Shown here piece by piece: positions 23,358 through 35,117 of a stretch of 64,000 bases of DNA. The stretch's first letter is position 1. Each line of letters begins with the position of its first letter. The position numbers were made by a program, and so were the translations under genes. A model generated the notes under the pieces. The model had not been told where the DNA came from, did not search any database, and was given only the letters and a program-made list of their open reading frames with translations. Origin of the DNA: Anaeromyxobacter sp. (GTDB lineage: Bacteria > Myxococcota > Myxococcia > Myxococcales > Anaeromyxobacteraceae); the NCBI GenBank assembly GCA_049840735.1, contig JASGJN010000021.1, positions 319,901-383,900 of the forward strand, read 5' to 3'.

Positions 23358-23886
23358 ATGATGTCGGAGCGCACCATGAAGACCGGCCGCATCGCCCTCC
23401 TCCTCTGCTCAGCCTTCGTCGTCGGCGGTGCCTCCGCCGAGGTGGCGGTTCGCACCCACCGTGCCGTCGAGCAGGTCCAGGCCGAGCGGGACGCCGGCGC
23501 CGCTGGTCAGCTGGTGTCGCTCGAGCTGGCCAGCGCCGACGGCCAGGTGCTGGCCAGCCCCCGCTTCATCGCCCCCACCGGCAAGGCCGCCGAGCTGGTG
23601 CTGCACGACCCGACCAAGGCCGGCCAGGTGCAGCTCGCCTTCCGCGTCGAGGCCGAGCGCCAGTCCACCGGCCAGATCTGCCTGGCCTACGAGCTGTGGG
23701 TCCCCGGCCACGACGTGGCCACCCGCGGGCGCGTCTCGCTGCAGCCCGGCGTCCAGCAGTCGATTCCGCCTCCCCGATGGCCAGCTGGTGGCCACCTGGA
23801 TGGCGGTCCCGTTCCCCTCGCGCCAGTTCGACAAGCTCCTCGAGCTCTACCGCGTGCAGCGGAAGGGCGGCGGGAAGCAGACGTAA
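23358..23886 (+). CDS. Hypothetical exported protein (frameshift ~23770)
   Basis: Signal-like N-terminus; frame continues as LPDGQLVATWMAVPFPS...QT. Confidence 0.55.
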
Positions 23887-23900
23887 GCAGGTCGGTGCCT

Positions 23901-24003
23901 GCCCTTCGACTCCGCGGGCTGCCCCTGCCCTTCGACTCCGCGCTCTGCGCCTGCCCTTCGACTCCGCGCCCGCTGACGCGGGCGCTACGCTCAGGGCGAA
24001 CGG
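23901..24003 (+). repeat. Palindromic REP-like element preceded by two partial copies
   Basis: GCCCTTCGACTCCGCG at 23901, 23927, 23953 (26-bp period); last copy is complete to ...CTCAGGGCGAACGG. Confidence 0.85.
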
Positions 24004-24029
24004 GGCCGCTCGATCCGGCCTGACGTGCG

Positions 24030-24650
24030 ATCCCGTTCGTGGGAGCGTAGCCGGGTCACGGGCCCAACGCAGCTGCGTGCCGGTCCCATCCCGTTCGTGG
24101 GAGCGTAGGGCCGGGCCAGGGGCCCAACGCAGCTGCGTGCCGGTCCCATCCCGTTCGTGGGAGCGTAGGGCCGGGCCAGGGGCCCAACGCAGCTGCGTGC
24201 CGGTCCCATCCCGTTCGTGGGAGCGTAGGGCCGGGCCAGGGGCCCAACGCAGCTGCGTGCCGGTCCCATCCCGTTCGTGGGAGCGTAGGGCCGGGCCAGG
24301 GGCCCGACGCAGCTGCGTGCCGGTCCCATCCCGTTCGTGGGAGCGTAGGGCCGGGTCAGGGGCCCAACGCAGCTGCGTGCCGGTCCCCATCCCGTTCGTG
24401 GGAGCATAGGGCCGGGTCACGGGCCCAACGCAGCTGCGTGCCGGTCCCATCCCGTTCGTGGGAGCGTAGGGCCAGGTCACGGGCCCAACGCAGCTGCGTG
24501 CCGGTCCCATCCCGTTCGTGGGAGCGTAGGGCCAGGTCACGGGCCCAACGCAGCTGCGTGCCGGACCCCATCCCGTTCGTGGTGAGCGTAGCGCCCGGTC
24601 ATGAGCCGAGCGCAGCTGCGTGCCGGGCGCGGAGTCGAACCACGGACGGG
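24030..24650. repeat. 60-bp tandem repeat (9 units) ending in a full palindromic element
   Basis: Unit ATCCCGTTCGTGGGAGCGTAGGGCCGGGCCAGGGGCCCAACGCAGCTGCGTGCCGGTCCC starts at 24030, 24088, 24148, 24208, 24268, 24328, 24389, 24449, 24509; complete hairpin copy at 24572-24650. Confidence 0.95.
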
Positions 24651-24682
24651 GACCGCTACTCCCGCTCAGCGCCGTCGTGCGG

Positions 24683-25288
24683 CTACTTCGCCGCCGCCTG
24701 CGCCGCCGGCTCGAACCGCGCCGTCTTCATCAGGTGGGCGAAGGCGCCCTTCGCGTAGGGCTCGGCCTTGGGGCCCATCGTGAGCGACTTCACGACCCAG
24801 GGGCCGGGCGCGGCGCAGATCACCAGCACCTGGCTCGCCCCGGCCGCCTCGTGGATCAGCCAGCCGGGGTGGCCGTCCACCGGGGCCGGCGTGAGGTCGT
24901 CCGGCCCGCGGCCGTCGGTCACCTCCAGCCACTCGAAGGTGCGCTTGCGATCGGCGCACTGCTCGGGGCTGAGGTCGTCGCGGTGCTGCACGCCGACGCC
25001 GCCACAGGTCGCGTCATCCCGCTCGACGCAGAACGCGAAGACCTGGCCGTTGACGAGGGCGTTCCCGGTCATCCCACCGCGTCCTGGCAGGCTCATCTTT
25101 AAGTTGAGCAGGCCGATGATGCCGCCGCCGGTGGTGAGGAAGCTGTTGGGCACCTCGAAGGAGAACGTCTGGAGCTGGTAGCGCGAGGTCTGCGGGACGG
25201 AGCCGGGGCTCTTGGTCAGCTGGGTGGTGGGGCCGGCGCAGCCGAGCAGCAGGGCGACGAGCAGCGACGGGGTCCAGCGGGCGTTCAT
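24683..25288 (-). CDS. Hypothetical lipoprotein
   Basis: MNARWTPSLLVALLLGC lipobox; GAGG RBS. Confidence 0.7.
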   Translation of the reverse strand: MNARWTPSLLVALLLGCAGPTTQLTKSPGSVPQTSRYQLQTFSFEVPNSFLTTGGGIIGLLNLKMSLPGRGGMTGNALVNGQVFAFCVERDDATCGGVGVQHRDDLSPEQCADRKRTFEWLEVTDGRGPDDLTPAPVDGHPGWLIHEAAGASQVLVICAAPGPWVVKSLTMGPKAEPYAKGAFAHLMKTARFEPAAQAAAK

Positions 25289-25401
25289 GAGGGCCTCGGT
25301 GGTGGGCGTGGGAGCAGCGACCCGCAGTAGAGGACACCGGGCCCGGATTGCCAAAGGCCGCCGCGTCGCAGGGGCTTCACCAATCCTGACCGGGCCTGCC
25401 G

Positions 25402-25944
25402 CTACTCCCGCTCCAGCGCCGCCGCCTCGGCCTCGAGCCGCTCCGCCTGCTCGCGCAGCTCGGCCTGGCGCTGCGCCAGGCGGGCGCGCTCCTCGACCAG
25501 GGGCCGCGCCGCGGCGGGCTCGACCGCCGGGGATGGGAGCGGGGGCTGGAAGCGCGCCAGCTCGCCGGGGTTGGGCGGCTGCGGCTGCAGCTGCGACTGC
25601 GCGTCGGCGGCGCGGCGCGCGGCGGCGATGCGGGCGTCCAGCGCAGACACCGGGCGGCTGAGCCCGTCGGCCTCGTCCCGCAGCGCGTCGGCCCGCTCGC
25701 GCAGCTCGTCGGGACCGGGGCCGCCGGACGGCCGCGGCGGGCGCGGCTGCTTCTTCTCCAGCGCCGCCGCCAGCTCCTGCGAGCGGACGAGCAGGCGATC
25801 GAGCTCGGCGCCGACGTCCTTGCCCTTCATGCGCTGCGCCTTGAGCTGCTCGATGCGCGCGGCGACGCGGTCCAGCTCCGCGCGGAGCGGGTCCGCTGGG
25901 GTGGAGAGCGCGAGGGCGGCGCTGAGCAAGAACGTCGAGAGCAT
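25402..25944 (-). CDS. Exported coiled-coil protein
   Basis: Signal peptide and heptad-rich helices. Confidence 0.7.
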   Translation of the reverse strand: MLSTFLLSAALALSTPADPLRAELDRVAARIEQLKAQRMKGKDVGAELDRLLVRSQELAAALEKKQPRPPRPSGGPGPDELRERADALRDEADGLSRPVSALDARIAAARRAADAQSQLQPQPPNPGELARFQPPLPSPAVEPAAARPLVEERARLAQRQAELREQAERLEAEAAALERE

Positions 25945-25962
25945 GGTGGGCGCCGGGAGCGG

Positions 25963-25978
25963 AGCAACGTCCGTGCCG
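25963..25978 (-). promoter_or_regulatory. Sigma54 promoter
   Basis: Minus strand CGGCACG-GACG-TTGCT, 18 bp before ATG 25944. Confidence 0.7.
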
Positions 25979-26091
25979 CGGTGCGAGGGCCGCCGTTACG
26001 CGGGGTTGCGCGCGCCGCGGTGTGGCGAAGCCGCGGCACCGCGGCGGATGGGCCTCGGAAAATCGATGCGCGCGGGCGCACGGGCGCTGGA

Positions 26092-26696
26092 TCAGGGCTT
26101 GTCCCTCAGCTCCCCGTAGTCCACCACCCCGACCTCCTTGCCGTCCTGGTCGAAGGTGGTCCAGCGGCCGCACTGGGCGCCCAGGCAGTGGCGCCCCACC
26201 ACCTTGGGCAGGCCGCCCGGCCAGAAGGAGACGAACGGACCGTCCGGCGTGTTGTTCCGCCAGCTGGAGCGCTCCTCGATCTTCCCGTCGGGGAACCAGA
26301 TGGTCCAGGTCCCCTCCTTGCCGTCGGCCAGGTAGGTCCCCTGGATGGCGCGCGCGCCGCCGCGGTGGAACTCGGTGTAGGGGCCGGACCGCTTGTTCTT
26401 CTCCCAGGTGGTCTCGGTCCAGAGCAGACCGTCGTCGTAGAAGGTCCGCGCCGGCCCCTGCTTCAGCTCGCGCCCCAGCTCGTCCAGCCGCTCGCAGTAC
26501 TCCTCGAAGCCGTCGGGCGGGGCGTTGCCCTGCCGCGCTGTTCCGGGCGGGCAGTCCAGCGGCGGCGCGGTGGCGGGCGCGCGCAGCGGGGGCGGCTCGG
26601 CGGCCACGCGCGAGGCCACCTCACGGGCGGTGGGGGTCCGCGGCGCGGGCGCGGGCCAGCCGCCCAGGAGCAGCAGCGTGAGCGGGATGGCGGCGT

Positions 26697-26700
<4 letters not shown>
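26092..26700 (-). CDS. MORN-variant repeat (YwqK-like) exported protein
   Basis: Repeated GP/GT-W/Y-xx-F/W-xxxG units; CPPGT motif. Confidence 0.75.
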
Positions 26701-28118
<1,418 letters not shown>

Positions 28119-28239
28119 GGCCCGCACTCTACCGCGGGGTGCCCTTCCCCGCAGTGGGCACGGACCGTGCGGGTTTCTCGCAGGATGCGCGAGGGTTTTT
28201 CGTGTTTGTCAAAGCATCCCCGGTGATTACGGATCAGGG

Positions 28240-30078
28240 ATGAACAGGAAGACCGCGGGCTTCAACTTCGTCTACCTCCTCGTCGCCGTGCTGGGCGTGA
28301 TGGTCCTGCAGGACTTCTGGATCCGCTCGCAGGCGGTGGTGACGCTCCCCTACAGCGAGTTCCAGAAGTACGTCCGCGAGGACAAGGTGGCGCGGGTGGT
28401 GGTCTCGCAGGGCGAGCTGCAGGGTGAGTTCAAGCAGCCCATCGACGGCAAGAAGCGGTTCACCACCGCCCGCGTCGACCCGGAGATCTCCAAGGAGCTG
28501 GACGCGCGCGGCGTCCAGTACGCCGGCCGGTTCGAGAACGACCTCTTGCCGCTGATCCTGTCCTGGGTGGTGCCCATCGCGCTCTTCTTCGCGGTCTACG
28601 TCTTCATCGGCCGGCGCATGGCCCGCTCCATGGGCGGCCCGGGCGGCGGCCTCATGACCATCGGCAAGTCCAAGGCCAAGGTCTACGTGGAGACCGACAC
28701 CAAGACGACCTTCGCCGACGTGGCCGGCGTGGACGAGGCCAAGGACGAGCTGCGCGAGATCGTCTCCTTCCTCAAGGACCCGAAGGTGCATGGCCGCCTG
28801 GGGGCCCGCATGCCCAAGGGCGTGCTGCTGGTCGGCCCGCCCGGCACCGGCAAGACGCTGCTCGCCAAGGCGGTCGCGGGCGAGGCGGGGGTGCCGTTCT
28901 TCTCCATCAGCGGCTCGGAGTTCGTGGAGATGTTCGTGGGCGTGGGCGCCGCGCGCGTCCGCGACCTGTTCGAGCAGGCCCGGCAGAAGGCGCCGGCCAT
29001 CATCTTCATCGACGAGCTGGACGCCCTGGGGCGCGCCCGCGCCTCGATGAACGGGATGGGCGGCGGTCACGACGAGAAGGAGCAGACGCTGAACCAGCTG
29101 CTGGTGGAGCTGGACGGGTTCGACCCGGCCGCCGGGATCGTGCTCCTGGGCGCCACCAACCGGCCCGAGGTGCTGGACCCGGCGCTGCTCCGCGCCGGCC
29201 GCTTCGACCGGCAGGTGCTGGTGGACCGCCCGGACAAGCCCGGCCGCGTGGCCGTGCTGCGGGTGCACACGAAGCGGGTGGTGCTGGCGCAGGACGTGAC
29301 GCTGGAGGAGGTGGCCGCGCTCACGCCGGGCTTCACCGGCGCCGACCTCGCCAACCTGGTCAACGAGGCGGCCCTGGTGGCCACCCGCCGCGGCGCCGAG
29401 CGGATCGGCATGGACGACTTCAACGTGGCGGTGGAGCGGATCATCGCCGGCCTGGAGAAGAAGAACCGGCTGCTCAACCCGAAGGAGCGGGCGGTGGTGG
29501 CCCACCACGAGATGGGCCACGCCCTGGTGGCCGCCGCGCTGCCCGGCGCCGACCCGGTCCACAAGATCAGCATCATCCCGCGCGGCATCGGCGCGCTGGG
29601 CTACACCATCCAGCGCCCGACCGAGGACCGCTACCTCATGACGCGCGAGGAGCTGGAGAACAAGATGGCCGTGCTGCTGGGCGGCCGCGCCGCCGAGCAC
29701 GTGATTTACGGCCACCTCTCCACCGGCGCCTCGGACGACCTGTCCCGCGCCACCGAGATCGCCCGCAGCATGGTGACCCGCTACGGCATGGCCGGACGGC
29801 TGGGGGCGGTCACCTACGAGAGCGAGCCGAACGGCTTCCTGGGCCCGGTGGCCGGGACGCGCCGGCTCTACTCGGAGGAGACCGCCCGCGAGATCGACCT
29901 GGCCGTGCGCGAGCTGGTGGACGGCGCCTTCCTGCGCGCCCGGGCCCTGCTGGTCCGGAACCGCGCGCTGCTGGAGGAGAGCGCGCGGGACCTGCTCACG
30001 CGCGAGACGCTGGCCGGGGCCGAGCTGGCCGGCGTGCTGGGGAAGGTGCGCGGGGAGGAGCCGCGGGCGGCGGCGTAG
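28240..30078 (+). CDS. ftsH: ATP-dependent zinc metalloprotease FtsH
   Basis: Two TMs, [26 protein letters not shown]. Confidence 0.95.
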   Translation: MNRKTAGFNFVYLLVAVLGVMVLQDFWIRSQAVVTLPYSEFQKYVREDKVARVVVSQGELQGEFKQPIDGKKRFTTARVDPEISKELDARGVQYAGRFENDLLPLILSWVVPIALFFAVYVFIGRRMARSMGGPGGGLMTIGKSKAKVYVETDTKTTFADVAGVDEAKDELREIVSFLKDPKVHGRLGARMPKGVLLVGPPGTGKTLLAKAVAGEAGVPFFSISGSEFVEMFVGVGAARVRDLFEQARQKAPAIIFIDELDALGRARASMNGMGGGHDEKEQTLNQLLVELDGFDPAAGIVLLGATNRPEVLDPALLRAGRFDRQVLVDRPDKPGRVAVLRVHTKRVVLAQDVTLEEVAALTPGFTGADLANLVNEAALVATRRGAERIGMDDFNVAVERIIAGLEKKNRLLNPKERAVVAHHEMGHALVAAALPGADPVHKISIIPRGIGALGYTIQRPTEDRYLMTREELENKMAVLLGGRAAEHVIYGHLSTGASDDLSRATEIARSMVTRYGMAGRLGAVTYESEPNGFLGPVAGTRRLYSEETAREIDLAVRELVDGAFLRARALLVRNRALLEESARDLLTRETLAGAELAGVLGKVRGEEPRAAA

Positions 30079-30102
30079 GGGCGGCTGGGCGGCAGCGGGC
30101 CT

Positions 30103-30167
30103 CCGTTCGTCCTGAGCGTAGCGGGCCGGCCCGTCCAGGGCCGGTTCGCGAAGTCGAAGATGAACGG
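30103..30167 (-). repeat. Palindromic REP-like element
   Basis: CCGTTCGTCCTGAGCGTAGCG...AGTCGAAGATGAACGG, same family as 23953 in reverse. Confidence 0.75.
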
Positions 30168-30259
30168 CGCTGAACGCCGGCCGCCAGACACCGAGCGGCG
30201 CTCGCGCGCTGAAGCCCGGGAGAGGCTGCTCTCCCGGGCCCTCGGCTTCACCGGGCCGA

Positions 30260-30511
30260 TCACTTCACGTTCAGCGCCACCTCGTAGATCTCCTCCGCCG
30301 GGTGGCCGGCCTGCTGGTGCACCCGCTGTACGGCCTCCTTGTTCGGCCCCTCCGCGAGGCAGAACACCTTCCCGCTGGTCGGGTCCGCCCAGGCCTCGAT
30401 GAAGTGCACCTTCTCCTTCCCCTCGAGCGCCAGGTCGCGGTTGTGCGCCTCCAGCAGCGCCTCGCGCGTGACCCCCTTCATCGAGCTGTGGACGTCCATG
30501 AATCGAGCCAT
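30260..30511 (-). CDS. DUF4242 / SCO4226-like nickel-binding small protein
   Basis: FMDVH, AHNRDL, GKVFCLAEGP, VHQQAGHP. Confidence 0.85.
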   Translation of the reverse strand: MARFMDVHSSMKGVTREALLEAHNRDLALEGKEKVHFIEAWADPTSGKVFCLAEGPNKEAVQRVHQQAGHPAEEIYEVALNVK

Positions 30512-30717
30512 GTCGCCTCCTCCCCGGCCTGGAACGGGCCGGGCGCCAGCGGGATAGCGCGAGGCGCGCCCGCCGCGGAGGCCGCTTGGGGCCGGGGCGT
30601 TCAGGGGGGACGCGCGGGCGAGCGGGCGCCGGGGAGACCGGCGGACCGGTGGGCGATCCGTCCGAGCGGACCGCGGCCGGCTCCCTCGCGGTCGTGGAGC
30701 GAGGTAGGCTCCGTGCC

Positions 30718-31212
30718 ATGGCGCGGAACGCGAGGCCGATCACGGTCGACCTGGAAGAGCTGGGCTGGGCAATGGAAGACCACGGGGAGTCGATCTGGTA
30801 CCTCGACACCGAGACGGGGGACGTCTTCTTCGTCTCGGACGACGCGGGGATCGACGAGCTCCCGGTGTCGCGCGACGAGCTGGACGGCTCTGCTCGGTTC
30901 GAGGTCATCGAACCGCTGGACTCCCACGAGAGCAGGGAGGAGATGCGCGCCTTCGCCGCCGGGGTGAAGGACGCGCGCATCAGGGAACTGCTCGAGGTGG
31001 CCGTGGCGGGCCAGGGAGCGTTCAGCCGGTTCAAGGCCGTCCTCGCCGCGCACCCTGCCGTTCGCGAGCGCTGGTTCATCGAGCACAACGCGCGTGTCGA
31101 GGAGCAGGCCCGCGGCTGGCTCGACGAGCTGGACCTGGCCTGGTCTCCTCGCCGCAGCGGCCCCGAACCGAAGGGTGGCGGGCAGGGTGGTGGGAGAGCC
31201 AAGCGGCGATGA
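30718..31212 (+). CDS. UPF0158 family protein
   Basis: YLDTETGDV, MRAFA, GQGAFSRFK, ERWF. Confidence 0.85.
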   Translation: MARNARPITVDLEELGWAMEDHGESIWYLDTETGDVFFVSDDAGIDELPVSRDELDGSARFEVIEPLDSHESREEMRAFAAGVKDARIRELLEVAVAGQGAFSRFKAVLAAHPAVRERWFIEHNARVEEQARGWLDELDLAWSPRRSGPEPKGGGQGGGRAKRR

Positions 31213-31744
31213 ACGAGCTCCCCGCCGCGATCCGCGACCTGGTCCGGCTCCTGGCGGGCATGCCCGGCGTGGAGGCGGTGGCGTTGGGCGGCGCACTGGC
31301 GCTTCAAGATCGCAGTTCAGCCTGGCCCACGCGCGCATGCGGGCCGAGCGCGGCGACGCCGCCGGCGCGCTGGGCCAGGCCGCGAAGGCGGCGGTCGAGG
31401 CCGCTCACGCGCGGCTCTGCCAACGCGGCCCTCTGGCACCTCAACGTGGTGGAGCGCTGGCGGGCGGAGGCCGAGGCGGGGAGGTTCGAGGTGGACCTGC
31501 TGCTCGGCTACCTCGCCGGCCTCCCCACCTACAGCCTGGCCGCGGAGCTGGCGGTGGCGGCACGCCGCTCTCCGACAGCGCGGCGGGGTAGGCGGCGAGC
31601 GCGGCCGGGGGCGTACCGGTGAGCGGCCTCGAGAAGCGGATCCTGGAGCGGGCGGGGATGGAGGCGGTGCAGGCGCTCTTCGCCCGGCCGCCCACCATCG
31701 ACCGGCTCGAGGCGTGGGTCGGCCAGGTCGAGGGGGCGTTGTAG
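31209..31744 (+). pseudogene. Nucleotidyltransferase gene, deleted and rearranged
   Basis: Starts GVEAVALGG but lacks the DxD core; remaining segments lie in different frames and orientations. Confidence 0.6.
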
Positions 31745-31920
31745 CGGTCGGGCGTCGCGTTCCAGCAGGAGCCCCGGTTGATGCGAAGGGCGCAAGGAAC
31801 GCCCGCGTGACCAGCGGGGAGACGCCAGTAACGTTCTCTTGACTAGCAGAAGCGCGCTGGTAAAGAAGACGTTACTAGCGATCGCGGCCACGCTCCCGCG
31901 CCGTGACGCGGAGGTTCGAC

Positions 31921-33144
31921 ATGTCCCCCCGTTCCACCGGCCGCTACGAGCCCTCCGTCGCCGCCGGCGAGGCCGTGAACGCCTTCGTGCCGTCGCCGCT
32001 CCCGCCTCGCGACCCGCCCATCGATGTCGCGCTGCTGCAGGAGCGGCTCCGGAGCGCCGAGCACGCGCTGGCGCGGCTCGATCTGGCGGGCGAGATGGTG
32101 CCATCGGTAGACTGGCTCCTGTACGCGTTCGTCCGCAAGGAGGCCGTGCTCTCGTCACAGATCGAGGGCACGCAGGCCTCGCTGGTGGACCTGTTCAGCT
32201 TCGAGGCCGAGGGCGGGCCGCCGCCCACCAGCGATCTGGAGGAGGTCAGCAACTACCTCGAGGCGCTGGCCTTCGCGCGCGCCCAGCTCGCCTCGCCGCG
32301 CGGCCTGCCCCTCTCGGTCCGGCTGCTGTCCGAGGCCCACCGGCGGCTGATGCGCGGCGTGCGCGGCGGCGACAAGGCGCCCGGCTCGCTCAGGCGCATC
32401 CAGAACTGGGTGGGTGGTAGCCGGCCCAGCAACGCCGTCTTCGTCCCGCCGCCGCCAAACCAGGTGGGCGAGCTCCTCGCGGCGCTGGAGCGCTACCTGC
32501 ACCAGGACGATGGGTTACCAGGCCTGGTCCGCGCAGGGCTCATCCACGTGCAGTTCGAGACCATCCATCCCTACCTCGATGGAAACGGACGGCTGGGGCG
32601 GCTCCTCATCGGTCTGGCGCTGGAGCACTGGATCCTCCTCCGGCGCCCGCTGCTCTACCTCAGCCTCTTCTTCAAGCGGAACCGGCCCGAGTACTACCGC
32701 CGGCTCGATGCCGTCCGGTCGAACGGGGACTGGGAGGGGTGGCTGGACTTCTTCCTCGACGGCGTCGCGACCATCGCCGAGGAAACCGTGGGCACCATCC
32801 GGTCGCTGTTCACCGTGGTGGCCTCGGATCGCGAGCGGCTCCTGTCAAGCGACGAGGCCGGCCTCGCGGCGCTCCGGCTCTTCGAGCAGCTGCCCCGCCA
32901 TCCTGTGGTGACGGCCGCAACCGTCCAGCGGCTGCTCGAGACCACCAAGCCCACGGCCGGGCGGGCCGTGGAGGCGCTGGTCGCGGCCGGCATCCTGGTG
33001 GAGACGACCGGGAAGCAGCGCGATCGGTCGTACACGTATCAGCGCTACCTGGACCTGCTCCGCGAAGGGACCGACCTGAACCGGCCGCCCAGCGTGGCCG
33101 AGCCGACGTACGCCGAGCCGGTGAAGCGGCGGCGCCGTCGGTAG
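31921..33144 (+). CDS. Fic family protein (Fic_N, Fic, C-terminal HTH)
   Basis: EAVLSSQIEGT; HPYLDGNGRLGR Fic motif. Confidence 0.92.
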   Translation: MSPRSTGRYEPSVAAGEAVNAFVPSPLPPRDPPIDVALLQERLRSAEHALARLDLAGEMVPSVDWLLYAFVRKEAVLSSQIEGTQASLVDLFSFEAEGGPPPTSDLEEVSNYLEALAFARAQLASPRGLPLSVRLLSEAHRRLMRGVRGGDKAPGSLRRIQNWVGGSRPSNAVFVPPPPNQVGELLAALERYLHQDDGLPGLVRAGLIHVQFETIHPYLDGNGRLGRLLIGLALEHWILLRRPLLYLSLFFKRNRPEYYRRLDAVRSNGDWEGWLDFFLDGVATIAEETVGTIRSLFTVVASDRERLLSSDEAGLAALRLFEQLPRHPVVTAATVQRLLETTKPTAGRAVEALVAAGILVETTGKQRDRSYTYQRYLDLLREGTDLNRPPSVAEPTYAEPVKRRRRR

Positions 33145-33326
33145 GGGTCGCGTCCTTTCAAGCCCGACCTCGCCGCGCCCCACTCAAGCTATCGCCGGCG
33201 ATAGTGGACTCGGGTTCCAGCGAAGGAGTGAGCATCACCAGCCTGCCAGATGAGCCGCGCCCCGTCGCGTCCAACAGCGCACTTCGTCGCGGGCTGCGCC
33301 CGCGGCTGGGCCTCGGCTCGGCAGCC

Positions 33327-33467
33327 TCAGCGCCGCACCGCCGCTGCCTGGGCGCGTCCAAACGGCGACGCCGCTGTGTCCAGCGGGCCACGCGCCACCA
33401 CCGCGAACAGGGCGACGAAGGCGGCGGCGAGCAGCAGGGCAGTGGCAACGTGGCGGGTGAAGGACAT
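33327..33467 (-). CDS. Small hydrophobic protein (46 aa)
   Basis: MSFTRHVATALLLAAAFVALF; GAGG RBS; upstream sigma54-like site. Confidence 0.5.
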   Translation of the reverse strand: MSFTRHVATALLLAAAFVALFAVVARGPLDTAASPFGRAQAAAVRR

Positions 33468-33503
33468 GGGCGACCTCGGCGCTGGGGTGCTGGGCTGCTG
33501 CAT

Positions 33504-33520
33504 TGCAGTCCGGGTGCCAG
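33504..33520 (-). promoter_or_regulatory. Putative sigma54 promoter
   Basis: Minus strand CTGGCAC-CCGGA-CTGCA. Confidence 0.55.
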
Positions 33521-33533
33521 CGCGGCCCGCGGC

Positions 33534-33572
33534 GCCCTTCGACTCCGCCACGGCTGCGCTCAGGGCGAACGG
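33534..33572 (+). repeat. Palindromic REP-like element (short)
   Basis: GCCCTTCGACTCCGCC...GCGCTCAGGGCGAACGG. Confidence 0.8.
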
Positions 33573-33771
33573 TCTTTCCTAGCGGTCCCGTCGCCTCCGG
33601 CCCGCCTGCTGGGGACGCCCGCGCTCGCGGCCGGGCCCCCGCCCAACGCCTGCCGCCCGCTCGCGGACCAGGCCACGGCCCAACCCTCGCCCAACCCCCG
33701 CCGCCCGCACACGCCCCGGCCGCCCCACCCCAGCCATGCACCCGGCGCCCGCCGCGGCCAGGTTCCCGCGC

Positions 33772-35052
33772 ATGCCTCCCGCCGCGGCCCGCCTGCTGCG
33801 CACCTACGTCGGGCTGACGCTCCTCTCGACGCTCGCCTCCTCGTTCATCTGGGGCGTGAACACGCTCTTCCTGCTCGACGCCGGCCTCACCATCACCGAG
33901 GCCTTCGCCGCCAACGCCTTCTTCACGCTGGGACAGGTGCTCTTCGAGGTCCCGACCGGCGTGGTGGCCGACACGGTGGGCCGCCGGGCCTCCTACCTGC
34001 TGGGCGCGATCACGCTGCTGGTCGGGACGCTGGTCTACCTGGGGCTCTGGGCGTTCCACGGGCCGTTCTGGGGCTGGGCGGTGGCGTCCATCGGCCTCGG
34101 GCTGGGGTTCACGTTCTTCTCCGGCGCCACCGAGGCCTGGCTGGTGGACGGGCTCGCCGCCACCGGCTACCGAGGCACGCTCGACGCCGCCTTCGCCCGC
34201 GGGCAGCTGGCGCAGGGCATCGGCATGCTGGTGGGCACGCTGGCCGGGGGCGTGGCGGCGCAGCTCGGGAACCTGGGCGTCCCCTACCTGCTCCGCTGCG
34301 CGGCGCTGATGCTCACCTTCGCCTGGGCCGCCCTGGCCATGCGCGACCTGGGGTTCACGCCGCGGCGCGACCAGACGGTGGGGCGCGCGGTGCGCGAGAT
34401 CCTGCGCGCCTCGATCGACCGCGGGCTGCGCAACCCGCCGGCGCGCTGGGTGATGCTGGCCGGGCTGGTGGCGGGCGGCGTGCCCATCTTCGCCTTCTAC
34501 GCCATGCAGCCCTGGCTCCTGCAGCTGACCGGCCGCAGCGACGCCTACGCCATCGCCGGCGGCGCGGCCGGGCTGGTGGCGCTGGCGCAGGTGGGCGGTG
34601 GCTGGCTGGTGCCGCGGATCATGCGCCGCGTCCGCCGCCGCACCTCGGCCCTGCTCGCCGCCACCGCCATCGGCGCGGCCTGCCTCTGCGGGCTGGCGCT
34701 GATCCCGCGCCTCGGCCCAGCGCTGGCGCTGCTGGCCCTCTGGTCCTTCGCCTTCTGGGCCACCTTCCCGGTCCGCCAGGCCTACCTCAACGCGCTGGTC
34801 CCCTCCGCCCAGCGCGCGACCGTGCTCTCCTTCGACAACCTCCTCGCCTCCGCCGGCGGCGCCGCCGCGCAGCCGGCGCTGGGGCGGCTGGCCGAGCGCG
34901 CCGGCTACCCCGCCGCCTTCCTGGCCTGCGCCGCCGTCCAGCTGCTGGCGGTCCCGTTCCTGCTGCGGGCCCGCCGGCTGGGCGCGGAGGCCGATCGGGC
35001 CGAGGGGGGAGGGACAGCGCCTGGGGAGGGCAAGGCGCCGACGTCGGGGTGA
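33772..35052 (+). CDS. MFS transporter
   Basis: FEVPTGVVADTVGRR motif A; about 12 hydrophobic segments. Confidence 0.9.
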   Translation: MPPAAARLLRTYVGLTLLSTLASSFIWGVNTLFLLDAGLTITEAFAANAFFTLGQVLFEVPTGVVADTVGRRASYLLGAITLLVGTLVYLGLWAFHGPFWGWAVASIGLGLGFTFFSGATEAWLVDGLAATGYRGTLDAAFARGQLAQGIGMLVGTLAGGVAAQLGNLGVPYLLRCAALMLTFAWAALAMRDLGFTPRRDQTVGRAVREILRASIDRGLRNPPARWVMLAGLVAGGVPIFAFYAMQPWLLQLTGRSDAYAIAGGAAGLVALAQVGGGWLVPRIMRRVRRRTSALLAATAIGAACLCGLALIPRLGPALALLALWSFAFWATFPVRQAYLNALVPSAQRATVLSFDNLLASAGGAAAQPALGRLAERAGYPAAFLACAAVQLLAVPFLLRARRLGAEADRAEGGGTAPGEGKAPTSG

Positions 35053-35117
35053 TTCCGCCCCTCCCGGGCGGCCGTTTTCTCGCGCACACCCCTGGTTCTC
35101 TGCTTCGATCACGGACG

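Noticed and set aside
23566..24571. Repeat-protein ORFs across the tandem array
   Set aside because: Open in several frames only because the unit is 60 bp and GC-rich; indels in some units break the frames
24030..24650. CRISPR array
   Set aside because: Units are near-identical over their full length, with no unique spacers and no cas genes
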